64,000 nucleotides of DNA from an uncultured delta proteobacterium (GCA_963745035.1 CAVUVW010000014.1:960001-1024000); one strand, 5' to 3'; positions 48,433-57,753 are shown, numbered from the stretch's first letter. Notes: generated from the sequence alone by a model not told the origin. Made by a program: numbers and translations.

Positions 48433-49403
48433 AGAATTCCTTTCTACTGCTTCTTTTCGCTGCTGCCGCGTTCCTGCAATCCCCTGTTCGGGCAGAGGAG
48501 CTGAACGTCTATTTCAAGACCACGCCGCGTTTGGAGCTGCTCCGGCCGTTTGTGGACGCGACGGACTTGTCCTTGTTGGTTACCGGCGCGGACGGCCGCC
48601 CGCTTAACCAGGGAACGGTGGCCATCCGCCTAGAAGCTCCCCGGGCAGGGCGTTTTTTCTCCACGGATTATCCGCTTGTCGAGGGAACCGTGCTGAGCGA
48701 GCTGCAACTGCGGCTGCGACAGGGCAGGGCGAATTGGAAACAGCTTCTGCCGATCCGCGGCGAGTACCGGCTGACGGTAAACGTTCTCGCCAGCGACGGA
48801 ACCAAAGCGAGCCGGGTGTTCGCATTCGACGTGCGCGAGAACCGCATGAAATGGCTTGCACTTACGGCGTTCTCAGCGTGCCTGCTCGCTTTAGGGTTCG
48901 TTGCCGGCAGAATTTTCACCGGCAATCGCGCGGGAGGCGCGGCGAGCATCGTTGGTCTGATGCTTTTGACTGGAGCGGCCCCAGCTTTAAGTTCGCAAGC
49001 CGACCGCGATAGTTCCGCGATTCTCGAAATCGAGCCGGCCACTGTCGGAAAGCTCAGTCAAGTGCGCTGGAAAGCGCTGCCCGCCAGCGGTGGGGGAACC
49101 ACTATCCTGACGTTGACGATCAGTCATTTGGAGAAGCAGAAAGTTGTTTTCGCGGTGGAGAAGATCCCGGTGGACGCTGCGTGGTCGATGAAGTTCCATT
49201 TCCCTGACGCCGGCGAATATCGTATTGCGGCAGTCGCCAACATTCCCGGCCGTCCGCCCGTGCGAAGCGAGTACGGCATCAGCGTTGCCGGCGTCGCGCC
49301 TCCCGCAAGCACGATGATCGGCGCGCTGCTGTTTTTTGTCGGTTTGATCGCGGTTGGTCTTGGGTTCGGGCGTTGGAGCAAGCGCCGCGTCCCCTCTCGA
49401 TAG
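48423..49403 (+). CDS. Hypothetical exported/membrane protein
   Basis: Signal peptide, two beta-rich domains each followed by TM helix; overlaps the cbtB-like gene. Confidence 0.7.
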   Translation: MSLKNSFLLLLFAAAAFLQSPVRAEELNVYFKTTPRLELLRPFVDATDLSLLVTGADGRPLNQGTVAIRLEAPRAGRFFSTDYPLVEGTVLSELQLRLRQGRANWKQLLPIRGEYRLTVNVLASDGTKASRVFAFDVRENRMKWLALTAFSACLLALGFVAGRIFTGNRAGGAASIVGLMLLTGAAPALSSQADRDSSAILEIEPATVGKLSQVRWKALPASGGGTTILTLTISHLEKQKVVFAVEKIPVDAAWSMKFHFPDAGEYRIAAVANIPGRPPVRSEYGISVAGVAPPASTMIGALLFFVGLIAVGLGFGRWSKRRVPSR

Positions 49404-49425
49404 CAATACGGGTGCGGAAGGCATT

Positions 49426-49500
49426 TACCGCGGAGGCGCTGAGCACGCAGAGAGATTCTCAAAAGAGGTCTCCGACTCGGCGATCTCCGCGGCTCGGTGG
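49426..49500. repeat. REP-like palindrome family A (at left edge of accessory region)
   Basis: ACCGCGGAGGCGCTGAG ... CTCGGCGATCTCCGCGG. Confidence 0.6.
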
Positions 49501-49594
49501 TTTTCGGTCCTAGGCGAAAACAAAAAGGGCATCCGTCTCGCAGACGAGTGCAAAATGAACTTATTTACCTTGGAGTGACAGCAACTTCGAAAAA

Positions 49595-50035
49595 ATGACC
49601 AAGCAGGATGACCGCGTAAACACCACGTCAACAAAAACTCCGAATGCCGGGGGTGCGCCGCTAGGGAATCAGAATCATCTCACGCATGGAGTTTCCAAGC
49701 TGGAAGCAGAGCGCAAGCGCGGGCGAATTGACCGGCGTACGACTCCTTACCGGGCGATGAAGAAGCTGGAGCGGTCGGTCGAGTCGAACTTCACTGAGTC
49801 TCGGAAGAAGTGGCACCGCCAAAGCATTGCTCGGGGTCAGTACTACGTGAAGCTGGTACACGAGCACGTGCTGACGCTGAAGCACGTTACCCGCAAAGGC
49901 AGAGTGCATGTATTGCAACGCATAAATTACAGAGCAGAAGAGATTGCCCGCCGTGACAATCTCGATCTTAAACAGCCCAGCGATCTCGTGAGTGCATACT
50001 CGAGAGTCTGCAATGAGGACCCTGGGATTCTATGA
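49595..50035 (+). CDS. Phage terminase small-subunit-like / prophage relic protein
   Basis: GGAPLGNQNHLTHG motif (GAPxGNxNAxxHG type) and IDRRT motif. Confidence 0.5.
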   Translation: MTKQDDRVNTTSTKTPNAGGAPLGNQNHLTHGVSKLEAERKRGRIDRRTTPYRAMKKLERSVESNFTESRKKWHRQSIARGQYYVKLVHEHVLTLKHVTRKGRVHVLQRINYRAEEIARRDNLDLKQPSDLVSAYSRVCNEDPGIL

Positions 50036-50215
50036 TTTATACCGGCGCGTTTTCAGGGTGCCTGTTCGGGCGGTTTCGCTGATGGAGTGAAACGGCTTCT
50101 CCCAGAGATGCTAGTCTTGCCTGCTGTTCGACGTATCGTTGAACTGAGGCGTCGTTCCGTTCAAAGCAACGAAACAATTTATTGCGAGGCAGCGCGCAAT
50201 GTAGTGCTAGTGGGC

Positions 50216-50241
50216 CACTTGATTCGGAATCAAGTTCGTTT
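50216..50241. repeat. Palindromic site copy 3
   Basis: Identical to 12353-12378; preceded by GTGCTAGT (50204-50211). Confidence 0.85.
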
Positions 50242-50322
50242 CCGCGGGTCGACGGTGTGGGGGGCGAGGGCAGGGTGCAGCCTGTTTCTATACCTCGGAT
50301 TGTTTCATTTCCTGACCAGAAA

Positions 50323-50904
50323 TCAGAAAAGGGCGTCTTTCGTCGAGGTCACCAGAAAGCAGGTACAGCCGGTTTCACTCCACACACGATGATCAACACT
50401 GCCCGCCTCACCGTGGATGAAATCGCCGGGATATAGTGTTCTGTCATCGACCTTCAATATGCCGTGGAGAAGATGCAGTTCTTCGATGCCCGCATGCGTG
50501 TGTCCGGGATAATCGGTTCCCGGATCAAGCCGGACCAACATGCTCACGCTGTCGTTTTCCGGGTTCCTCGCGAGTATTTTGACATGAATACCTGGCGCTG
50601 CTTCTTCCCACTCTGGTTTAACCGGTGCTTCCAACGGAGGTACGAACGGCCGCGTGGCCGTTTCGTTGGCGATTCGCTTCGCGAGCCGGTCCCATAGAGA
50701 TTCCGCGGGGCGCAACACATCGATGGACCAGCCAACAAACGAGCGGACAATGGGCCGGAGCATCTCGATTTCCTGCCGGCAATCCTCGCATGACGAGATT
50801 TGAGCTTCAACCGAAGCAATCTCCCCCGGAGGAAGCGACTGCAATGCAAACAGGACCACGAGATCCAGATGCTCTTGACTGTGTGTGTCCGGTTTTGTGT
50901 TCAT
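50323..50904 (-). CDS. ChrR-like anti-sigma factor with cupin domain
   Basis: ZAS-like CEDC N-terminus; LVRLDPGTDYPGHTHAGIEE cupin. Confidence 0.88.
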   Translation of the reverse strand: MNTKPDTHSQEHLDLVVLFALQSLPPGEIASVEAQISSCEDCRQEIEMLRPIVRSFVGWSIDVLRPAESLWDRLAKRIANETATRPFVPPLEAPVKPEWEEAAPGIHVKILARNPENDSVSMLVRLDPGTDYPGHTHAGIEELHLLHGILKVDDRTLYPGDFIHGEAGSVDHRVWSETGCTCFLVTSTKDALF

Positions 50905-50914
50905 CCGTTCCCTT

Positions 50915-51532
50915 CTATTTCCTTCCCAGCGCTTCTCGGAGTTTTCCCATGCCGGAGCGGATTCGTGTCTTCACGGTCCCGAGAGGTTGATTCAACTTCC
51001 TTGCCGTTTCTTCATAAGTCAATTCAGAGAAAAATGCGGTTTCGATCGCATTTCGTTCTTCTGGAGTCAGGACCTCAAGCGCATTCCGCAACAAGCGGCT
51101 CTGCTCCTCAAATAGAAAGACTTGTTGAGGATCAACAATGTCCGTTGTCGGCCGCAAGCTGTGTGGATACGTGTTCACTCGTTTTTTTCTCTGATCGAAC
51201 CGCAGGCGATCAATCGCCCTGCTGCGCGCCTGATTCATGATCCAGCCGACGACGGATCCGTTAGCAGGATCATAGGTCGAGGCTTTTCGCCACACGTCAT
51301 AGAACACATCGAGCGTGACTTCTTCGGCAGTTTCTCGATTCGCGGTTATCCGCACGATCAACGTAAAAACGATTCGATGCGTTTGCTCGTAAAGGGAATG
51401 CAGTGCACCCTGGTCACCGCCGGCGACGGCTCGGACGAGCTGTAGCCACTCATCCTCGGAAACGCGAACCTTTGCCTTATCGGCATAGAGAATATCCCCC
51501 AGCGTTTTTCTATCCGGCGCACCCACGACCAA
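50915..51532 (-). CDS. ECF RNA polymerase sigma factor
   Basis: GDQGALHSLY, AEEVTLDVF..VW, ARSRAIDRLR, PLGTVKTRIR. Confidence 0.93.
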   Translation of the reverse strand: MVVGAPDRKTLGDILYADKAKVRVSEDEWLQLVRAVAGGDQGALHSLYEQTHRIVFTLIVRITANRETAEEVTLDVFYDVWRKASTYDPANGSVVGWIMNQARSRAIDRLRFDQRKKRVNTYPHSLRPTTDIVDPQQVFLFEEQSRLLRNALEVLTPEERNAIETAFFSELTYEETARKLNQPLGTVKTRIRSGMGKLREALGRK

Positions 51533-51963
51533 AGATCATGCCGGGAGCAATTCTGCCAGTCAAGGCCGGAAACCGACCCAGGCCTATTCCTCGCAGGCAG
51601 CGTGATCTTGTAGGTTGCGCCTACACAAGAATAAACGCCAAAAGTCTGCCGCCGGATTTAAAATGGAAACAAAAAATTACGTATCCGTTGCCGAAGAAAA
51701 TTTTTGCAGAGTACAAATCTAAGATCTGATCGTTGACGTTATTCAAGTGTGTGTCATTTGTGATGCAAGTGAGAAGTCCCTGGAGCAAACTGGTCGGAAA
51801 AACCGTATAAAATCGAAAAAAATCGCCACAGTCACAACAAATCCTCTTGGAGGCATATGAGTCGCAATACACCAGTTCCCGTCCCGATAAAGAGGAGACT
51901 CGCGCAGGCGGCGCAATTATCGGGAACGAGTTAGCCTCAGATAGATTTCTCATTCAGGTCCCC

Positions 51964-52176
51964 ATGAATACGTATGCGCGTTGCCTGGCCAAGTGTGATC
52001 CGAAATCACCTGAGTACAAATTGCTGAGGAACGGCATCATTCTTCATGACGATCCTCACAAAGTCATGGTCCACATCCGCTGTGATGCCGATAAGGCTCG
52101 CGTGATCCGCCGTATTGTGGCCAAGGAATGCCCCGAGGTTTTGGATGAGCTTCACGTTTATCCCGAGCTCGCATGA
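51964..52176 (+). CDS. Hypothetical protein
   Basis: SPEYKLLRNGII..IRCD..CPEVL; start uncertain. Confidence 0.55.
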   Translation: MNTYARCLAKCDPKSPEYKLLRNGIILHDDPHKVMVHIRCDADKARVIRRIVAKECPEVLDELHVYPELA

Positions 52177-52293
52177 TTGGGTTGCACAGGAAATAAACCG
52201 TCCTCCGGTACGCTGCCCGGGCATGATTGTAGTACGCGGCAACTGCCTACCGAGGATCGAAACCGGACAAAACCGAAGGAGAGCACATAAATC

Positions 52294-52602
52294 ATGCAAC
52301 TCCGTGACCACCCGCTAGTGCTGAAACATGACAGGAGCATTTGGCCTCCGATCTGGACAAATACCCGGCTTAACAAGAAAGATAAGCCGCGCGGCGAAGT
52401 CGGAATACTGAGGCAGGTATTGATGAATGAAACTTTCGATACCCAGTGTTTTCTGATGATCGAATACAACGGCAATCAATACATGGGATGTTTAAACTTT
52501 AGCCAAGCTGGGTTTTGTAAACAAATTTGCGCCATCTTAGAGTTGATGATTGGTCGGTCACTCACGGACATAGGTGATTTGGATTTGTCCCACACCCTCT
52601 AG
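52294..52602 (+). CDS. Unknown small-protein family, paralogue A
   Basis: LRDHPL..WPPIW..GEVGIL..CFL.IEY.G..Y.G..FC..IGDLDLSHTL. Confidence 0.85.
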   Translation: MQLRDHPLVLKHDRSIWPPIWTNTRLNKKDKPRGEVGILRQVLMNETFDTQCFLMIEYNGNQYMGCLNFSQAGFCKQICAILELMIGRSLTDIGDLDLSHTL

Positions 52603-52787
52603 CTGGTTCGCTTCCAACTACTACGGAATGGGTTCTTACCTGTGGGTCTGCGATCTGCTCGACCTTGAGACCTCATGGATCCGCCCGGCGCATGCATTCA
52701 GCACCGCGCGGCGTGCCGCCGTGCTGGAAGGCGCCGATGAGTACGAATTAGAGCTTGCGTGTGATTTACTGAGCGCCTAGCCATGCT

Positions 52788-53090
52788 CTAAATCGCAAGG
52801 CTGCCGATTGTCGCGATAGTTCGGCCGATGTTCTTGTTTAAAAACAAGCAGACCTGCTTACAGAACAAATCATCTTCTAACATGATCGCGCCGACAAAGG
52901 TTTCGGACTGATACTCCATCGTGACAAAGCAAGTTTTCCGACTACCTCTCGTCATATAGGCGGTGGAAAGCGTGCCCAATTCGCCGTGGATCTGTTTCTT
53001 GTGATGTTTCCCTTCGCTAACGTTTGTCCAAACGGGAGGCCAACTTCTGGTTCTGTGGAAGCACATAGCGGGATGATTGCGCATGTCCAT
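52788..53090 (-). CDS. Unknown small-protein family, paralogue B
   Basis: MRNHP..WPPVW..GELGTL..CFV.MEY..FC..IG.L. Confidence 0.8.
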   Translation of the reverse strand: MDMRNHPAMCFHRTRSWPPVWTNVSEGKHHKKQIHGELGTLSTAYMTRGSRKTCFVTMEYQSETFVGAIMLEDDLFCKQVCLFLNKNIGRTIATIGSLAI

Positions 53091-53552
53091 GTAATGACTA
53101 TCTCACGGCGGCAACGCCAAACATAGGCGTGTAAAATAAATAACGCGCGTAAGGGGCCGGACCCTTTAGAGCCCGGCTCGGCCGCTGGTCTTCAAGACCA
53201 ATCGAGCCCGCGGATGCATGTTGCTGTGCGCGCTTTTCACCTTCCGGATTTCGACTCGCCGGCTCCTCGCGACCCGTGGAAAAAAAACTTTGAACCAGTC
53301 TTCAACCGAGATAAAATTAAGAGATGATCGTAGTTTACCGCAAGCGCAAAGGCGGCTCCCGCTGGCACTTCCATACCGAATGTCCGGGTTGGCCGGAGAC
53401 TAATTATATTCAGGTCCAGTTTGGACAACTCGCAGCCGGCGAACGCGTTTGTGAAGAATGCGTTAGGCTTGAATCTCAAATGTTTCCAGGAAAAAAATGA
53501 GTTCAAGGGCAAAACCCCGGCTACGATGTGCGACGGGTGCGGTGACGGTGAG

Positions 53553-53819
53553 TCAAAATTCCAGATCCTCGACACTTTGCATTGAACTTCCGGTGTAGTC
53601 GGAAAGAAAGTCTATAATCGGCAGTAAATTTGCGGGTGCATTCACATTCCCACGAGCGATCCGGCCGCTAACATCCATGCCATTGTAATCAACCCGGATC
53701 ATGAGTTCGTGTGGAAACAGCTCGCACCCTACAAAAATGCCGTCTTTTCTGATCTTCTCGGCCGGAATAGTTTCGTATGTTGGCCTTGTCCATGTTTTCG
53801 GCCACCAAGGTCTCGCCAA
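53553..53819 (-). CDS. Unknown small-protein family, divergent paralogue C
   Basis: WPKTW..GIF..VDYNG..G..FL..G.SM..VEDLEF aligns loosely to the family. Confidence 0.5.
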   Translation of the reverse strand: MARPWWPKTWTRPTYETIPAEKIRKDGIFVGCELFPHELMIRVDYNGMDVSGRIARGNVNAPANLLPIIDFLSDYTGSSMQSVEDLEF

Positions 53820-53822
53820 GTT

Positions 53823-54008
53823 TCATCGTCTGCTGATCCTATTCCGCTTATGTTTCTCTTGCTCGATCATTGAATCCCTAATCGCTTTTGCATGGGCGAC
53901 GGCACGTATTGAGTCCGATTTGGTTTCTTTCACGGCCTGACGAAGCCCACGAGATTGCTCAATTAGTTTTCGGCTCTGTTCCAACAGTTCTAGAATGGAT
54001 TGAGGCAC
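53823..54008 (-). CDS. Small hypothetical coiled-coil protein
   Basis: AGGAG RBS; helical composition. Confidence 0.5.
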   Translation of the reverse strand: MPQSILELLEQSRKLIEQSRGLRQAVKETKSDSIRAVAHAKAIRDSMIEQEKHKRNRISRR

Positions 54009-54189
54009 GGCAGGACTCCTTTCCCTATTGGCTTAGGGTTCGGGCTCCCGGTCCTACGGCCCCGGTGGGATAAGCTCAAACGGTTACTGGAGTCAGACTC
54101 TAGGCTTAATCACGCCCAAGTGTCCAATGAAAAGTGAATGTCGGAAACCCGACAAGTCGCGTCTGTGTTGTAGCGTACTGCTTGGGAGG

Positions 54190-54503
54190 TTAGAGCGTAT
54201 GCGACAAATCCAAGTCGCCGATGTCTTTCATAGAGCGGCCAATGTTTGCTTGAAGGATCGTCAAAGATTTGTGAGCAGAATCGGGGATCGTCGAAGTGCA
54301 TCGAACCCACATATCGAAAGCCTTGATGTTCGATAAACAGAAAAATTTTGTTATCGAAGAGTTCGTGCATCCTCGCACGTTCAAGAAATCCGACTTCGCC
54401 GGTCGGCAGAGTCGTTAACGTCGAGGCGCGTCGTTGTCCATCTCGGCGGCCAAGTCGGGACACCGCTTTTGCGGGTCATTAGCGGGTGGTCACGGAGCTG
54501 CAC
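54190..54503 (-). pseudogene. Unknown small-protein family, paralogue D (two frameshifts)
   Basis: VQLRDHPLM..WPPRW / GEVGFL..FDDPRFC / IGRSMKDIGDLDLSHTL in three segments. Confidence 0.8.
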
Positions 54504-54545
54504 AACCCGAATAGCCATGGTTTGTAAGCGTGGCCGGAAAATCTG

Positions 54546-54863
54546 CTAGAGTGTATAGGCCATGTCCAAAGAGCCGATCTCTTTAATCGACAGGTTCACA
54601 TGGTGATGCAGCACGAAGTGAAGCTGACGACAAAACGCGCCATCCTCAATGAGAAGCGTTCCTATATAGTTTCGGCCTTCGTATTCGGCATATAAGTGGC
54701 AGGCATATCCCGACATCGACGAATACGACACTCGTCTTAGTACGCCGATTTCGCCGGAGATGCATTTATTCTTAGGCTGTTCGATTGGGCTCCATCTTGG
54801 AGGCCACGTCGGCATCCCATAATATCGCATCAGCGGGTGATTGCGCAGTTCCACTGACTCCAA
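54546..54863 (-). CDS. Unknown small-protein family, paralogue E
   Basis: LRNHPLM..WPPRW..GEIGVL..C.LYAEYEG..FC..IGSLDMAYTL. Confidence 0.85.
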   Translation of the reverse strand: MESVELRNHPLMRYYGMPTWPPRWSPIEQPKNKCISGEIGVLRRVSYSSMSGYACHLYAEYEGRNYIGTLLIEDGAFCRQLHFVLHHHVNLSIKEIGSLDMAYTL

Positions 54864-55048
54864 TTACATCACGAATACTCGGGTCTGGTAAGGTGGGTAC
54901 AAAATAAAGCTGAAGCGGTCTCCTGTCCTTTAGTCCTCGTCCGTCGGATCATTTCATTCTGTTGCGCCGCGGTTTTCATAGCGTATAGAAATATTCCCGA
55001 TGTTAAACCGGGGTTTGACAACGGAATCCGATTGTTATTTAAAGCGTT

Positions 55049-55360
55049 ATGAAGCTGCGTGACCATCCCTTGATGCGTTACCACAACATGAGAAATTGGC
55101 CGCCGGTCTGGATTGAAAAATACAACGACGATAATCGAACGCTAATGGGTGAAATCGGAGTATTGACAAGCCTCGGTATTCTCAACATGAAACGGGGCAC
55201 GCGATGTTATTTGCACATCGCCCACAATGGCAAGCCTTACGTAGGTTCGCTTCTATTTGATGACGCCGCTTTCTGTGCACACATAGCTAATTTCCTACGG
55301 ACACGTATCGGCACTCCAATCGCGGACATCGGCGACTTAGATTTGTCGGATACGCTGTAA
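55049..55360 (+). CDS. Unknown small-protein family, paralogue F
   Basis: MKLRDHPLM..WPPVW..GEIGVL..CYL..FDDAAFC..IGDLDLSDTL. Confidence 0.85.
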   Translation: MKLRDHPLMRYHNMRNWPPVWIEKYNDDNRTLMGEIGVLTSLGILNMKRGTRCYLHIAHNGKPYVGSLLFDDAAFCAHIANFLRTRIGTPIADIGDLDLSDTL

Positions 55361-55816
55361 TAATTGCGGGCCCAATTTTTTAGGCTCCATCCCGTCCCTA
55401 AGCGGCTCATTTTTTAGTTCACGTTGTCCACGCGTCATGGCTCTTGGGGGGGACACAGTGAGGGCGGTCCAACACCTTGGCGGGTGTACTCGAAAACAAT
55501 GTCGATGTGTTTCACGACGATGCTCCCTGCGCTTTTGTGGCTTTTACGCCGCTTGAAGTTGACGTTGGCAACTTTTGCAATTCCCCCTCAGCTATGAAAG
55601 GAGCAATCGTGTACCTCGACAAAGAATGAATCTGGGTCATCCCGAACCCGCGCGGCTTTTATGCAGTTCGGGTTTTGACAGAAGATACCCGGGCCCGGGC
55701 AGTCGTCATGCTCGAAGGGTTTGTCGGGATGCTCCTGGCGAGATCACGCCGCGATTCAGGGACACTCGGAGTCTTGCCAGTTGGTTTGGACTTCGCTTTC
55801 CGTTCGGATTTTGTTT

Positions 55817-56428
55817 TCAGTCTTGTGGATTTTCTTGCCATAGTAACAGTTCTCGGCCACTGATTTGAGACGCCTCGAGAAAGCCCGTGAGCTGGCGGTG
55901 ACGTAGCGTGCCGCAAAGCTCATTTTCGTGGATTAACTGGAGACAGTGCGGCTTTGATCGTCGGAATAGAGTATGCAACGAGAGCTGACGAAGCTTCTCT
56001 TGGGTGAATGTTATTTTTTCAAGCATTAAGTCATTGGTAGGTAAGATCGAAACTCTTGCGTCCTCCGGCGTCCAAGAAAGACGAAATGCACCAACTGCAT
56101 TCCGGTCTAGGTGTTCGCCACGGTACGCAGTAATTGAGGAAGCTTGTTGCCTGGGTATAGGATGATGACGCGCTGTGCCTACGTTTACTGGCCTTATGGT
56201 CCAGACGAATTATATCGGACCGGCTGAAACACAAAGAGCAGTTTGCCTTGTCCTGCCGAGCGCCTGCGGCACGACAATCGGTAGTGAGCGCCAGTCAGAA
56301 ATCCACTTTTCTGCATTTGCCAGCGAATCGCTCCAGACGATATAGTATTGGCCGTGTTTCTCAAGTTCGAAAACACGAACATCGGCGACTTTCTGACCGA
56401 TAACTCTTAGTGAGCTGGCGTGTACCAT
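55817..56428 (-). pseudogene. Frameshifted homologue of the 60815-61420 hypothetical protein
   Basis: SLRVIGQ...FSRSDIIRLD...SQLLRTVAEHLD matches VLRAIGQ...YTPADIDRLD...AERLRMMG. Confidence 0.55.
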
Positions 56429-56464
56429 AAATGCCTTCACAATGAGGCGGACTACTGTTAGCAA

Positions 56465-56480
56465 AGCAGCATACGTGCCA
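56465..56480 (-). promoter_or_regulatory. Sigma54-type promoter
   Basis: Minus strand TGGCACGTATGCTGCT = GG-N10-GC, ~37 nt upstream of ATG at 56428. Confidence 0.65.
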
Positions 56481-56706
56481 CTGGGAAGGCGAAGGCCAGC
56501 TAATAAAATCTCTAATTTTTTCCATGTAACCTCTGAAATTTGGGAGTGATAGCGGGGCGCTGTTTCAAAGGTGAGACAGGCTCGAATCCACTGATGGAGG
56601 CGTTAGCGGGCGCAACGCCCAAGGATGCCGCGGCTTAAGCCCGCAGGTGTGTGTTGCCGTGGTATGTCAGAACGTCAACGGCGCCGATTCCAACGCGAGT
56701 TAAACA

Positions 56707-56985
56707 TCATCTCCTTTTCAGAACCTCAATCATTTCTTCTACCGTCTCGATCTCATCCTTCTTTCTGTAGTAGCAAAGTTCGACCAGTTGCCTCATCTTA
56801 TTGACAACATTTCGGGCTCCCGTCTTACTGAGAGACTTCTCTTGGTCTTCTTTCGCTTTATTTTCCTCTCTTCTCAGGCGCTCGACTTCCTCAAGCCAAG
56901 CTTGTAGCATTTCTTTGCTCACCGTGTACTCGTCGGCGGCGTCTGGTTCGAGGATTTCCCTCATTTGATCAATTGTCTGATGCAC
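56707..56985 (-). CDS. Hypothetical protein
   Basis: Open frame with AGGAG RBS. Confidence 0.55.
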   Translation of the reverse strand: MHQTIDQMREILEPDAADEYTVSKEMLQAWLEEVERLRREENKAKEDQEKSLSKTGARNVVNKMRQLVELCYYRKKDEIETVEEMIEVLKRR

Positions 56986-57148
56986 GTGGTCCCTCTCCTT
57001 TCATTTGGCTGCTCCTCATGTCAGGAAGATGATACTCCAGCCGGTCTTGAATTTCCCGAGCCGGACCCTTTCGAGCCCGGCCCGCTGAGTTAAGCTCTCT
57101 GGCTGATTTACGCTGCGCCGCCCTAACAGTTAATTTTAAAGATTAAAC

Positions 57149-57300
57149 ATGATCACGAAAGAACTCTCCCCTTCGCCCCGGGTCAAGCCCGGCCTTCATC
57201 GAGCCGATACAAGTCTTGCCCGTGCGCGAGCTGCCGGACGGTGGCCAATGGACCTACGAGGCGAAGCTCGACGGCTATCGATGTCTCGCCGCCAAACAGG
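57149..57300 (+). pseudogene. N-terminal fragment of ATP-dependent DNA ligase (LigD/LigC-type)
   Basis: PAFIEP..LPVRELPDGGQWTYEAKLDGYRCLAAK includes the KxDG adenylation motif, then truncates. Confidence 0.75.
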
Positions 57301-57305
57301 CAATT

Positions 57306-57479
57306 CTAACTTTTGCCTGATCGAGGTCGGCGTATCAGTTTGACAGCGTCGCGATCTAAGAACCCGAGGAATGCAAATATGATTACGATTGTGACCACAA
57401 TGACCGTCTTATTGTCGAACCACCCTGTAAACTCACCTACCGCGAGGGCGCCAAGAAACAACCACACAACGTGGACCAT
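57306..57479 (-). CDS. Small two-TM membrane protein
   Basis: MVHVVWLFLGALAVGEFTGWFDNKTVIVVTIVIIFAFLGFL; 57 aa. Confidence 0.45.
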   Translation of the reverse strand: MVHVVWLFLGALAVGEFTGWFDNKTVIVVTIVIIFAFLGFLDRDAVKLIRRPRSGKS

Positions 57480-57498
57480 TCAGTCAATCCCCTGTGCT

Positions 57499-57753
57499 TC
57501 AAGCTTTGTCGGTCGGCGAGGGGCTCGCCGTGTTAGCGACAAAGATGGCGACGTTCAATGCCTCCACAACTTCTTCCTCTGAGTTCTGCAAGAGTACCTC
57601 TTCGCCCGTTATTAGTTTTACCAAGGTCCCTTGAACTCCGGTTATTCTGCCTTTCATAACGTGTTCGATGCTTGATGGCTCGATCATTTTACTGTCGAAT
57701 GTCTTGAACTGCATTGCGCCTCCGGGGAATTTTTGAACATTGTACTTTGTCAC
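57499..57753 (-). CDS. Hypothetical protein (FlbD-like pattern)
   Basis: IEPSSIEHV..TLVKLITGEEVLLQNSEEEVVEAL. Confidence 0.5.
   Translation of the reverse strand: MTKYNVQKFPGGAMQFKTFDSKMIEPSSIEHVMKGRITGVQGTLVKLITGEEVLLQNSEEEVVEALNVAIFVANTASPSPTDKA

Noticed and set aside
53237-53575. Seventh paralogue of the small-protein family
   Set aside because: Only a vague resemblance in a few residues; it lacks the HPL, WPPxW and GExG motifs.
52294-55360. Diversity-generating retroelement template/variable repeats
   Set aside because: Copies differ throughout rather than only at adenines, and there is no reverse transcriptase in the window.
56580-56706. Integron attC site after the 56707-56985 gene
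   Set aside because: A GTTTAAC start is present on the minus strand, but I found no properly spaced complementary GTTRRRY end or L boxes, and there is no integron integrase.
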